Assembly (NCBI GenBank): GCA_943704415.1
Contig: CALSCO010001244.1
Coordinates: 1 to 40,714, forward strand
DNA length: 40,714 nt
Direction of reading: 5' to 3'
Source: Parvularia atlantis
Taxonomy: Eukaryota
Shown piece by piece: positions 10,701 through 22,848 of the stretch. The translations under genes and the position numbers were made by a program. Position 1 is the stretch's first letter. Each line of letters begins with the position of its first letter. The notes under the pieces were generated by a model that was given only the letters and a program-made list of their open reading frames with translations, did no database searches and had not been told where the DNA came from.

Positions 10701-13700
10701 GATTAGCGTCTCGAGCTGGCGCTTGACCTGCGAGCACGACATGTCAGCGCCCGGCTGCGGCTGTGCTGCGGCACCGCAGACCGCACCTCGGCCAGGGGAG
10801 TGGACGCCGTGAGCTTGGCAAAGTCAACCTTGCGCGCGCGCAGGTCATTGAGCACCTCGGTCAGCGTCTCGAGGTTGACGAGGCTGCCGCTGACGACGTA
10901 TTGCCAGTGCTCGACGTTGTAGTTGACAATCTCGAGCAGCTCGCCCTGCCCCACCGTATCGTGAGCGTCACACGTGCAGTCTAGCCGCGCACGCACCGAC
11001 GACCGCTGGATCACGTCCACGACAAACTTGAGCGGCTGCTCGCCAAACGTCGGTCCGACGCGCGACGGGTTGACGGCGCACATCGCGTAGTCCGAGCGGC
11101 CCGCGGCGTCGCGTGGCACCGCCGACTGGTCGCACGGCTGCGTCAGCCGCGAGCAGGCCGGCTCACGGGCGCACGCGCGCACCTGCATCGTCATGCCGCG
11201 GTAGAACACCACGTCGACGAGGGCCTCGATCGGGAGCACGTTGCCGATCGACGCCAGCGCGGCGTACTCGCCGAGCGAGTGACCCGCAAACGGGCAATCC
11301 TGCTGCACCAGGCCCTTGGACAGCATGTCCTCGAACGCGGCCTTCTGCAGCAGGGTGAGGGCCGGCTGGGTGAACTGCACACACCGTGGTCAGCACTCAC
11401 GCGCTGCGCGCAGCACAAGGTCGCACCTGCGTCGCGTTGAGCAGCCCGGTCGGCTGGCGGAAGGTGAACGACTCGGTCGCGTCAGTGATCGTAGGGAAGA
11501 GCGGGAGCGTGTCGACGCCGGAGCCGTCGGCGCGGGCAATGTCGTAGGTCATGGCGAGGTAGTTCTCGCGGATGCGCGCGCCCTTGGGGCCGCCAAAGTG
11601 CACCGTGACCTCCTTCGGGTTCGTGCGCACGATCTCGAGGATCGAGAAGCCGTACGAGCGGATAAAGTGCGCGTCGGCACGGTCCCAGATGGTGCGCGCG
11701 ACGGGCGACGACGCGTACAGGTCCATGCCCATGCCCTTGTGCACACAGGCGCGCTTTCAGAGGCCGAGCGCAAGCGCAGCGAGGCCGGCGCACCTTCTCC
11801 TGCGAGCCCTGGCCCGTGAACACGTACGCCGTCACGGGCTGGTCGATCTCGGCGGTGCCCTCGAGCACCTTCTCGCCGTGCTGGTTGACGGTCTCGACGC
11901 GCACGATCTTCATGCCGTTGCGCATGCCGACGTGGTACAGCTGCGCTTCGTGTGAGCCGCTGCGCGGGCGGGCGGGTGTCATGCGACGGCGCACCCGCGT
12001 CTGCAGCTGGTCGCCCGGGTTCACCATGCTCAGGAACGTGGCGCTGTAGGCCGTGTCGCGCTGCGGCTGGTTGTCGGCCACGAAGATCTCGACCAGACGC
12101 CGCGTCGCGGCCGAGGTCCACATGCCGTGCGTGATCGTCGTCGGCTAGGCGGTGGGCAGGTGAGGCGGACACCGAGCAAGGGCGGGCAGGCACGCGCACC
12201 AGCTGTGCCAGGTCGGCAAAGTACGGGTTGACGTGGATTGGGTTGAGGTCGCCCGAGATGAGCGCGTACGTCTCGTTCGACGACGGCGCGGTGAAGGCCG
12301 ACGCGGCCACCGACGGGTCCGGCACGATCGACGGGCGCTCGTCTGAGAACGGGACGACCTGCTCAACGGGGATGCCGACGCGCGCGAGATATGCCATGAC
12401 CGGGTTGCCGTGACACTGTCGACGCACCCCCCGGGTGAGCCGCGCCAACGTCGCGCGCGCGAGCGGCCGATGCGCACCTCGCCGCACTCAAAGTTGACCT
12501 CGCCGATCTGCACCACCTCCTTCGTCGGCGTCTCAATCGTAATCGGGCCGCGCGTCTCGATCGACGCAAACATCTTGATGTTCTTGAAGCTGCGCGGCCC
12601 CGTTTCAGCCTGCCGAACGCGTCCGTACGCCACCGTGCACACCGCTCGTAGCTGCGCAGGCGGAAGGTGATGACCGCGCCCGGCACGAGCAGCGACTTGG
12701 CGCGGTCGGACGCCTCGAGCTGGATCCACTCTTTGGACTTGAGCACTGCGACGTCTTTCTCGGCTTTGAGCGTGACCTGAATGCGCACGCGCGGGGTGAG
12801 CAAGCCGTCGAGACGAGCGCGTGGCAGACCGGGCGCACCTGCATCGGCACCTCGTCGCGCTTGCGGAACGTGTACTGGAAGTCGCGCTCAAACTTGCCGC
12901 GGAAGAAGAACTGCGACACGACCTCGAGCACGTCCTGGCCGTCGCGTGCGAGTGTGCCCTTGACTTCGACCGTCTTGCCCGACTCGCTGTTGACGATTGA
13001 GTTGATGCTCGCGCGGCAGTGCAGCCGGTCGCCCTCCTGCGCGGGCCCGTGAGCACGCGGTGCGTCGCCGTCATTCACACATGCGCACCTGCAGCAGCGG
13101 TGCGTTGCCGAGCATGCGGAAGCTGTTGGACAGGTGCACCAGCTTGAGCAGGTCGCCGTCGATGAACGCCGGGAAGATACCCTTGATGACGGCGCGCCAT
13201 CCCGCGACGATGGCAAAGTCCATGGGCGCTGCCACGCGTGTGAGCTGGCGCGCACGCATTGCTCGCGCGACCGCACCCTTGAGACGTTTCTGACCCGAGT
13301 CGACGTAAATCTCAGCCTGGTTGCCCACCGTGCGGCAGAACTCGGTCACGTCCCGGCGCGTGATCTCAAAGTCGGTCTCAAACACTGCGGCACGCGGCGT
13401 GAACATAGCGGCGACGGCAGCAGCAGCGCGTGGTGCGCACCCTGCTCGAGCGGCACCGCCGGGTCGGCCAGCCCACTCTGCGCAAAGTCCTCGTCGAACC
13501 ACAGGCGCCAGTAGAAGGCCTTGATGCGGTGGTTGCGGCCGTCCATCACCTTGCGCCGACAGAGAGTGAGCGCGGGGCACAGATCGCTGCGCGTGTGCAC
13601 CGCACCTCGTGAATCAGCGAATAGCCCTGCTGCGGCTGGAAGCGGAAGAGCAGCGGCAGGGCGATCGCGCTGTCGCCCTTGCGCTCGTACACGTTAACCG

Positions 13701-16700
13701 TGATGACCTTGGTGTCGGTGTTGAACGTGACATCGAGCGCGGGCGCCTCGCTCGTTTGGCCTGTTGCGAGCGTCAGCACGTGCCGCGGCTGTGTGCAAAC
13801 AAGCGCAGACTTGCCGTTGGCGCGCGCGCCGCGCATCAGCTTCGAGTCGAAGACGGCGAGCGACATGGGCTTCTCGCCGTCGTGTCCGTCGCTCTGCAGG
13901 CTCACGACAGCGCGCTGACCCGTGCGCGGGCTGAACAGCTGGCGCAGGGGCGAGTCGACCACCATCTTGCCGCGCACGACCGACTTGGACAGGAGCAGTG
14001 CGTTGAGCCAGTTCCTGCGGCACCGCGCAGTCAGATCGAGCGCCGCGCGAGCAAGCCACGCCGCACATGTCGCTGCCGGCAAGCAGCTGCAGCCAGTCGT
14101 CGACCGCGGGCAGAATGTCGCGCGTGCCGACGTCGTACGCGCGGCACCAGCGCGTCGTGATCGAGCGCACGGGTGTGACGCCCTGTGCGTCGTCGTCAGG
14201 CTGGTGGCAGTGCGTGCGCACACACGTGCCTTGGGGACGGCGTCGCGGCCGAGCACGCCCGCACCGTCGATGCTCGCCGCCGCGGTCGACAGGTACGGCA
14301 CGATGGGCACGCGCGAGCGGTCGTTGCCATAGTAGCGCTCGAGCAGCAGCTCGATGTGGCGCTCGTGGATGCCGTCGAGGATCTGCTTAACGGGCTCGTC
14401 CATCACCTTGGAGAAGCTGCGCAGACGCACGTCCGCTCAGCCCGCACGTTACACAGCACGGCACACCCGAGGGCACGCGCACCGCGCTGCCACGGGGCCC
14501 TGCAGGATGCACACACGCTGCGGGTCCTGGTCCACCACCGCGTCCAGGTCCTCCGACTGCCACAGAGAGTCTTTCTTGAACCACGTCTCAAAGTGCTGAG
14601 TGTCGCGCGGCACACGTCAGGCACACACACACACACATACACGCCCATCGCAAGCAGACGTCTGCGCACCTCGTCCAGGATCGGCACGAACGGCACGGGC
14701 TTCTGGCCGCGGCGGCCGCACAGCGACAGGAAGTGCAGCACGTCTGTGTGCCGCGACACATGAGCACGTCTGCGCACGCGCACAGGCCACGGCTGCACGT
14801 GCCTTCGGACGTCAGCAGCTGCGTCGTCGCGCCAGGGTACTGCGCAAAGAAGCGCGCGACAAAGGCCTTTGGGTCGTCGCCAAACTGGTCCGGTGACTGC
14901 AGGAAGGCGTGCTGGCGGGGGCGAGCGGTCAGAGTGTGCGACGCGTATCGCAAGCACGACTGGCGCCACCTTGGTCTCGCGCGAGAAGCGCTCCTCAACG
15001 CGCCACAGGAAGTCGGCCACGAGCACGCGGTACGACTTGTCAATCCAGCGCTTCTGGTGCGCGACCCTGCCGTCACGGCGCCGCGTCAGACCTCGCCACG
15101 CCGTCGCGTGCAGCGCCCGCACCAGCACAAATGCACGAGCCGGTTGGCGACCTCCTCGTACGTCATGTCCTTGAGGTCGCACGGCGTGCCGTCGGCCTTG
15201 GCGCCGAACCAGACCTGCGCAGCGCAGCGGCGATCAGGCACAGTGGCGATGTGCCGCGCGTCAGACCTTCTGCGCGTCCGCGTTGAGGCGGCGGATGATG
15301 TAGTCTTTCTTCTCAGCCATCACGAGCTTGCGCTTGTCCTTGCTCAGGCTGAAGACGGTGTCGTCGAGCTCCTTCCACAGCAGGACGCCGCGCGTGGCGA
15401 TCTTGTGGATGGGCTCGCCTGCCACGCGCACGTCAGGCGTCGGCCGGAGAACGCAACGGCGTGCCTACCAAGCTCAGACTTGACCGTGACGATGCCGCCC
15501 GTGGGCTTGCTGTAGCTGTCCTCCCACTTGCGCTCGTCGTCGATGCCGTCGGCTTCGATGATCAGGCGCTTCGAGCCCGGCGAGGCCTTGCCCTCCTTGG
15601 CCACCTGGTGCGAGCGAGGTGAGCGGGCGAGCACGCGCGAGAGCAGGCGAACGGCCGCACCATGAGGCGCGACGCAAACAGCACCGCGTCGAACGGCATC
15701 GGTGGGTAGTCGCGGCTGAGCGACCAGTCGCCGGTGAGGTACGGCAGCGTGCCGTCGGCGTCGCCAAAGCCGCTGAACGCAGCCTGAGCACGGCGCATGT
15801 GCACAGGGCACAGCGGGCGCGCGCACCTGCCGGCAACGAGTAGGATGTTGCGCTGCTTGCGGATTGCGCCGTACGTCTCCAAGATCGGCTGGTGGAAGTC
15901 CTCGAACGAGTGGTGGCCGCCGGCGCGCCCGCCCGTCCACTGCAGCACGATGGGCACGGTCGGGTTGGCCTCGGCGATGGCGATAACCTGGCGGATGCTG
16001 CGAGACGGCGCGGACGACGTGCTGAGCCGGCTGCACGGCGCGGCCGGAGCAACGACGCACCTGTCGGTCGAGCCCGGCTTGAAGGCGACGTGACGAATGC
16101 CGGCCGCGGCGAGGTTGCGGATGATCTCGTTCGCGTTCTCGAGGCTCGGCACGCCCGCGGCCACGCACAGGCCGTCGATCGGGAAGCCCTCGCGGCGCAT
16201 GATCTGCACGAGCGGGTACTGGAAGCCCCACTGGCGCGCATTGAGGAAGAGCGCGTTGAGGGTGATGCTGCGGCGGCCGTGTGAGACGGCGCAATCAGCC
16301 TCCCCGCGAGCGCGCACCCCTCGCCCGGGTCGATCAGGGCCATGATTTTGGCCACCTTGTCGCGCAGCGCGTTCTCCGTGTACAGGCCGCCGCCCGCGAG
16401 CTCGCCGTGGTAGCCGGCATTGATCGTGGCTGCGCCGGTGCGCGGGTCAGCCTCAGCTGCGCGACACGCACCGGGCACGCACCAGCCACAAAGTCCTCGT
16501 GCACCGAGCTTGGCGTCATGCCCGCGACCATCAGCGGCGGCTTGCCCATGACGCGCGTCCAGGCCGTGTCGACGACGATGCGGCCGTCGTGCGCGGTGCG
16601 AACGAGCTTGGGGGCGTACTCGCGCGCCCAGTTTTGCGCGAAGCGCACGAGGCCCTCGTCTGCGTTGAACAGGAACGACTTGTCGAGCAGCGAGCGCGAG

Positions 16701-18947
16701 AGCGACGACAGCGCGCCGGCGAGGATGATCTGCACGCCCGAGCCATCTGCGCGCACGGCAACGGTGAGCACGGTGCCGCTGACTGCAGACGCCGCGAGCA
16801 CCCTTGTTGCGGCTTGTGAGCGCGCCGATGCCGGACGAGCCGCCGGGACCAAAGTCGAGCATATGCGTGGCGTCGATGGCAGTGGCTGCGAGCGGCGCTT
16901 CGTGAGACGGCGCACGGCTGCGAGCGCGCACGCACCCTTCTCCCACAGCACGGGGCGCGACGACACCTGCTCGACCAGGCCGAGCGTGAGGCTGAGCGGC
17001 GTGAGCGCCGCGTCGGTGGTCTTCATGTCGCGGCCATCGTCGGTCGCAAAGACCGACAGCTGCAGGTCCTCCGGGCGGAAGAGCAGATCGAGCCGGGAAA
17101 TGTCGTGCTCGATCACGCCGCGGACCGACTCGAGGTATGACGAGTGGAACGGCACCGAGACGGGCAGGTAGCGCGTCGACAGGCGCACGTCGCGCTTGCT
17201 GAACGGCACGCGCGACTGGTCGGTGCCCGAGCGCTGCTTGAGCTTGCGCAGCGTCACATTGAGGCCGTAGAGGCTGTGCGGCGTGGCGCGTGTGTAGGCG
17301 CTCGCTCGAGGCTCGCATCAGGGCGACGCACGCACCTCTGCGGCGCGCCCGAGACGATCACAGAGCGCGGGCCGTTAAGCAGCGCGACGCGGATCTGGCG
17401 CTCGGCCGGCAGGTGCTGGTTGGTCGCGTCGACGTGGTCGCGCACGACGTTGTGCGGGAGCTGTGCGCGGCGCGGCGTGTCAGCGGAAAGAGACACGCAG
17501 CAGCAGCGGGCGCCGCACGTTGTTGATCGCAAGCATCGGCGTGGGCTCGCCCTCGCCGTTGGCCAGCGAGTCCTGCAGCACTTTGGGGTTAAGCGTCGTT
17601 GGCGGGTAGGCCTGCTGGCAGCGCAGGCCCATCCAGAACAGGAGCTTGACGGCGCGGTCGCAATGGTCGACAAAGTCGTCGTCGTCGCTGGAGGAGGCGA
17701 CGGCCACGGCCGAGATGAGGCCTGGCGATGGCGCGGTCAGTCGCGCGCGTGCGGGAGGCCAGGTGCGAGGATTGCCCGCACCCTGGCTGTGACCCGTCGC
17801 GCCCTTGAGGCACGCGCGGACGTCGGCGGGCGTCTTGCTGAGCACGCGCAGCATGACCCAGTAGCTGAGCAGCTGCGTGAGGCCGATGAGCGGCATGCTG
17901 ATCGGGGCGCTGCGTGATGCAAGGTGAGCAGCGGGCTGTATCACGCGAGACGAATCGCGCACCTGACGAGGTACTGCAGCGGCGGGCGCGACTCTGGCGT
18001 GCGGATCCACTGCATAATGTCGAAGCCGCGCGTGTAGAAGCCTGGTGAGCATGGCGTGAGGCGATGATGCGCGCTGGCGCGGGGCACGGCGCGCGCGCAC
18101 CGGCCGAGCGCGCCTCGGCGCTCGCGACCTGCGTCTTGAGCGAGTCGACGAGGCGGTCAAAGAGCGGCTGGAGCAGCGCGCCGTAGGTGCTGTGCAGGCG
18201 CGTCAGCTCGGAGAAGTAGTCGTCGACGTTGCCCTGGCCGCCGAAGAGCGCGACGAGCGACGCCTGGCGCGGTGTCAGTCCGGCCGTGTCGGGTCCATAG
18301 GCGCCGCGGCACCTTCTTGCGCCGCGCGGCGCTGAACAGGGCCGACTTGGCCGGCGTGCACTCCTCGGCGAAGAGCTGCGAGGCGGCGCGGAGCGTGCCC
18401 TGGGCGTCGTAGTAGGTGGCGAGGATGGCGGCCTGGCGGTCCTCATCGAGGGCGAGGTCGCGGGTGATGGCGTGAATGTCGTTGTCACGAAGGTACCTGC
18501 GCGCCGACCACCGATGAGCAAGCGCCGTTCCAGTTGCGCATGCGGCGGCCGACGCACTCGTGGCGCAGGTGCAGGAAGAGCAGGCGCACGAACGGCAGCA
18601 CGTGCGGCTGCAGCGTCGCGTCGGCCGTCTGGAAGCGCAGTGCGAAGCGGACAAGGTCGGCGAGCAGCTCGAGCGGCGTCTCCTGGTCGCCGGCCTCGGC
18701 CACGCGCCCGTTGACGAACGCGGCGCGGATGCCCTCGGCCGTCGGCCAGAGCTCCTGTGACGCCGCCGCCGCAGTGCGGTGAAGCTGTCAGCCTACACGA
18801 ACGCCGGCTGTCACCGTTCCCGCGGGTGCGCGGACGCGCCTGGGGCACGGGCAGCTCGAGCTCGAGCGGGCCGGCGCGCACGGTGAGCACGCGCGTGGCC
18901 TGCGGCAGTGGCGCCGGCGTGCGCGGCGACTGCCCGGCCAGCGACAT
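2113..18947 (-). CDS. FAS: Single-chain fungal-type fatty acid synthase I (beta+alpha fused; AT-ER-DH-MPT-ACP-ACP-KR-KS-PPT); about 63 introns, roughly 4400 aa
   Basis: ATG 18947, TGA 2113-2115. Motifs in order: AT FGGQG and [43 protein letters not shown] and THGMW; MPT FTGQGSQ and [25 protein letters not shown]; two [11 protein letters not shown] motifs; [11 protein letters not shown] and [36 protein letters not shown] and [10 protein letters not shown]. All exons join in frame. Confidence 0.96.
2116..2560 (-). other. C-terminal phosphopantetheinyl transferase (AcpS-type) domain of FAS
   Basis: [49 protein letters not shown]. Confidence 0.9.
7738..7783 (+). repeat. Poly-C homopolymer of about 46 nt (poly-G in the FAS pre-mRNA), intronic
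   Basis: Lies within the GT-AG intron at about 7693-7796. Confidence 0.9.
8330..8830 (-). other. FAS ACP domain 2 (intronless)
   Basis: [40 protein letters not shown] (Ser codon 8700-8702), [20 protein letters not shown]. Confidence 0.9.
8975..9595 (-). other. FAS ACP domain 1 (two introns)
   Basis: [41 protein letters not shown] (Ser codon 9417-9419), [20 protein letters not shown]. Confidence 0.9.
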
Positions 18948-19193
18948 GGCGGCTGCGCGGCGCGGCGCGGCTCAGCTTTCCCACGGTGCGCTGTCTCTCA
19001 GGGCGCGAGTGCGCGCGCGCCAGCGAGCGGGCAAGTTACAGCGGCGTGAGACGACTCGGCACGCGGCACGGAAGAGGGCGAGAACGCAGACTGGAGAAGG
19101 CGAGAGAGAGAGAGGAAGAAAGCAGGCTGCGCGAGGCGACGGCAAAGCACGCGAAACGGCTTGACGCGCGGCTGACCCGCGTGGCGCCCCTTC

Positions 19194-19328
19194 GTCGCCC
19201 CACCACACTGCTCCACCACGGCAGCGGCGATAAGTGCCGCAGCGCCCGTGGCCTGCCGCGCCCTGCCGTGGCCGCCCCAGCTCGGCCGCGCTGACCCGTG
19301 CGAACCACGCGTGGGGCGCGTCACGTGA
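19194..19328. promoter_or_regulatory. Candidate bHLH/SREBP-like elements upstream of FAS
   Basis: GTCGCCCCAC (19194-19203), reverse GCGCCCCAC (19311-19319) and palindromic TCACGTGA (19321-19328) in the 420-nt spacer; motif similarity only. Confidence 0.25.
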
Positions 19329-19367
19329 GCGTGAGACAATCGATGGCTCGTCACCAACGCGCTCGGC

Positions 19368-20763
19368 TCACTGCCGCGAGAGCAGGCCCAGCTGCTTGAT
19401 GCGCTTGTACTGCTCGGGCACCTCCATCAGTGCGTTCATCGCAAAGTACGCGTCCGGGTTGGTCGTCACACTCGGCGACACTGCGCGGTTGAACTCGCAG
19501 AACTGGAAGTTGTCGAAGCGCCGGCGCGGCAGCTTGTCGTCCTGCGCGCGGCGGCCGTGCGGGGCGGGGTGAGCGCACGCGAATGGCACGGCGCACGCAT
19601 CGACCGCGCACGTACAAACTTGTGCATGAGGTCGAACGGGCCGTCACCGACGCCGATCCTGGCGTCGCATGGCGGCGTCAGTGCAGCGCTCACCCGGCAG
19701 CCGCGGCGCACATGATGATCGACAGCGGGTAGTTGGACGCCTCGACCAGCGCCCGCGCCGTGTCGTCCTCGTCCGCGACGAGCCCGTCGGCGATGATGAC
19801 GAGGATGTGGTACTGTGCACACGCGCGCACGTCGTGCACGATGAGCGGCCTTGCCCCTCAGCGCGCACCTTCCAGTCCTGCTTGATAACGTTGATCGCGG
19901 CGCGGATGAGCGGGCCAAAGTTGGTCGGCTGCGGTGCGCGGCTCAGCTGCCATGAGCGGGGGCAGGTCGCATGACGCACGCCGCTCATGCGGATGCCCGG
20001 CGTGACTGCGGTGTAACACGAGAGCACCTCGCGGAACGTGTTGCACGGCTGGCCGTCGGGCTTGAGCGGGAAGACGCTGCGCAGGCGCGCGCGTCAACAA
20101 GACGGGTCCCGCGTCCCGCACGTGCACGAGACGCACGACTTGTTGGTGGTGCGCACGTCGCCTGCGCGCGGGACGCGTCAGCAGCCACGAGCAGCCCGCA
20201 CGGTCGACCGCCGCACGCACCGAAGCCGAAGGCCGGGATAAGCCGGTCGTCGTCGAAGCTCTCTGCGCGCACGATAAGCGCGCGTTCGCGGCGGTTGTTC
20301 CGCGCACCGAGCGTGCGGCCGATGATCTCGATCACGCGCTGGTACGGGTTGCCGACGCTGGGGTCGATCAGGTGCAGGCTGCGGCCCTGGAACGACTGCA
20401 TGCCCGACGTCTGCGGCACGCGGCGTCGTGGGCCGAGTGTGACAGAGCACGCCGACGCACCTCGTTGCTCTTGGTGTAGTCGATGCCTGCGCGCGCGTGG
20501 ATCCCGCCGCCCGGCCCGCGTCAGCACGCGCACCGCAGAGGCGCACGGGGGACGCGGCGCACCGAGGATGAGCGACGACGACTCGACGCCGGCCTCGCGC
20601 AGCGCCGCCGTGACCTGCTCGATCGTCTGGAACTCTGGCGGGTGGGCGGGCGAGAGCGGCGCGGTCGGCACGCGGCACAGGCGCACGGCACCCGCACGCG
20701 CGCGCGCGCACTGTCGGGGATGGGGCCACGCTTGGCCTTCGGCGCCGACTGCTCGTTGCCCAT
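19368..20763 (-). CDS. Copine/RGLG-type VWA-domain protein, paralog B; predicted N-myristoylated; no RING or C2 domain
   Basis: MGNEQS start; [75 protein letters not shown]; about 10 introns; TGA 19368-19370. Confidence 0.88.
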
Positions 20764-20890
20764 GGTCTGTGCGCTGTGCGTGTGCGGAACCAGTCGCGTG
20801 CCAGAACGGGCCGGTTAAAAACTCAACCATCACCCTCTCACCCGCGCCGGCACACAGACCGGCAAGACACTCAGACACGAGCTCGCTGTG

Positions 20891-22279
20891 TCATTGCGCC
20901 CGCCGCGACAGCAGGCCCAGCTTGCGGATCGCCTTGAACTGCGCTGGCACCTCGAGCAGCGCAGCCCGCGCGAAATCAGCGTCGGTGCGCTGGCCGTCCC
21001 GGCTGAAGTCGGTGAAGTTGACGAAGCGGAAGTTGTCGAAGCGCCGGTACGGCAGGTTGTTGTCCTGCGCACGGCGGCCGTGCCGGGCGGGGTGAGCGCA
21101 CGCGAATGGCACGGCGCACGCATCGACCGCGCACGCACAAACTCGTGCATGAGGTCGAACGGGCCGTCACCGACGCCGATCCTGCGCCGCGCCCGTGAGC
21201 ACGAGGCGCGCCCGCCCGCGGTGCGCACGCCGCGCACATGATGATCGAGAGCGGGTAGTTGGACGCCTGAACGATCGCCTCGATCGTGTCCTCGCGGTCG
21301 GTCACGAGGCCGTCGGCGACGATCACGAGGATGTGGTACTGGCGCGCCGCGCTCACGCCCGATCAAGCCGCGCCCTCTCACGAGTGCTGCTCGCGCGCGC
21401 GCGCGAGCACCTTCCAGTCGTTCTCAATGATATTGATCGCCACGCGGATGAGCGGCGCAAAGTTTGTCGGCTGCGCGAAGGGCCGGCGCAGGCTGAGCAG
21501 CGCTCACACGGCGGCACGGCGCGGCGCACGCACGCCAGACAGCTGTGTGATCGGCGTGATGGCCTCGTAGCGCTCGAGCACCTCGTGGAAGGTGTTGCAC
21601 GGCTGGCCGTCGATCATGAGCGAGAACACACTGCACGGGCGTGCACGAGCGCGCGTCAGCCGAGCCGCCCTCGCAGACACCGCGCGTCACCTCTTGTTGG
21701 TCGTGCGGACATCGCCTGAGCGCGCATCGGGCCGCGTGAGCACACATGCGCGCACGGTCGAGGTCGCTGCGGCACGCACCGAACCCGTACACGGGGATCA
21801 GCTTGTCGTCGTCCAGGCTCTCTGGCGCGGACGCGTGAGCGCATGTTCGGGACGGTCAAGCCGCGCACCGAGTGTCCGCCCGACGATCTCGATCACGCGC
21901 TGGTACGGGTTGGCCGAGGCCCGCGAGCGGTCGATGTAGTGCAGGCTGCGGCCCTGGAACGACTTCTGGCCGGACGTCTGCGGTGCGCACCGTCACAGGC
22001 GCATCGGCCATCGCACACGCGCGCGTGCCTCGTTGCTGCGCGTGTAGTCGATGCCTGCGCGGCCCAGCGTGAGTGCGCAGCCGCAGCGCATCGACCGCGG
22101 CGGCGCGTACCGACGATGAGCGAGGACGACTCAAGGCCCTCGCGCCGCAGCGCGTCCACGACCTCGTCGTACGTCTTGAACCGGGGCTCGTCCGCCTGCC
22201 CGCCGCGGCGACGGCCCAAGAGCCACAGGAGCGCGAGCACGACGAGCACGAGCGGCAGCACCCAGTCCCACGAGCTCAT
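20891..22279 (-). CDS. Copine/RGLG-type VWA-domain protein, paralog A; N-terminal transmembrane anchor; no RING or C2 domain
   Basis: [88 protein letters not shown]; intron positions largely shared with paralog B. Confidence 0.88.
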
Positions 22280-22339
22280 CGCGAGACGCGTGCGACGTTT
22301 GTGACGTGGACGAATTCGACTACATATGTGACAGCTCGA

Positions 22340-22805
22340 ATGTCGGACCGCTCCTTGGTCGTGTCGCTTGCGGCGATCGCGACGCTCGGTGCGCGCGCCC
22401 GATGCGCCCCGCGCTGCGCTCGCGCTCACGCCCGGCCCGCACTCTCCGCGGCCACCGCCAGCAGCCGTCGCTTTCGCGACCAACCCGGACGAGCGCTCGT
22501 TCCGCGACTACGTCGAGCGCTCGCTGCGGCTGTGCGTGACACGTGCTGCGGCGCATCGCGCTCGCCCTGACGGATCGCGCGCAGGCAGGGCTCGTCGTGG
22601 ATCGAGCGCAAGGTCGTCTCGACGGTCAGGTGCGCCTCACGCGCGCCGCCTGCGCCGCGACGGGCCCCTGCTCACCCTCACACCGTAACGCAGCACGGTC
22701 GCGTACCCGCGCAGCGACTACAAGTTCTTCTCGGTCGTGCAGGTGCCCGAGTCCAAGGTGGCCTACGTCGGCGTCTTCGGCATGTGGTTCGGCGTCCCCC
22801 TGTGA
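22340..22805 (+). CDS. Small membrane-anchored protein, DUF4359-like
   Basis: Four exons: MSDRSLVVSLAAIATLAAVAFATNPDERSFRDYV ... RSDYKFFSVVQVPESKVAYVGVFGMWFGVPL; hydrophobic leader + TNP + RxxYxxFS + GxFG pattern (family recalled, not searched). Confidence 0.6.
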
Positions 22806-22848
22806 TCGCGCTGTGAAAGCTGCCCCGCTTGTGTCTGGACCGGAAGCG

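Noticed and set aside
14622..14642. (CA)n tract, plus short homopolymers at 1018-1030, 8877-8888 and 23830-23839
   Set aside because: Ordinary intronic or intergenic simple repeats, not telomeric or mobile-element ends.
2113..18947. Polyketide synthase, or pseudogene with many frameshifts
   Set aside because: Domain order and motifs are those of fungal FAS I, and every frame change is explained by a short intron.
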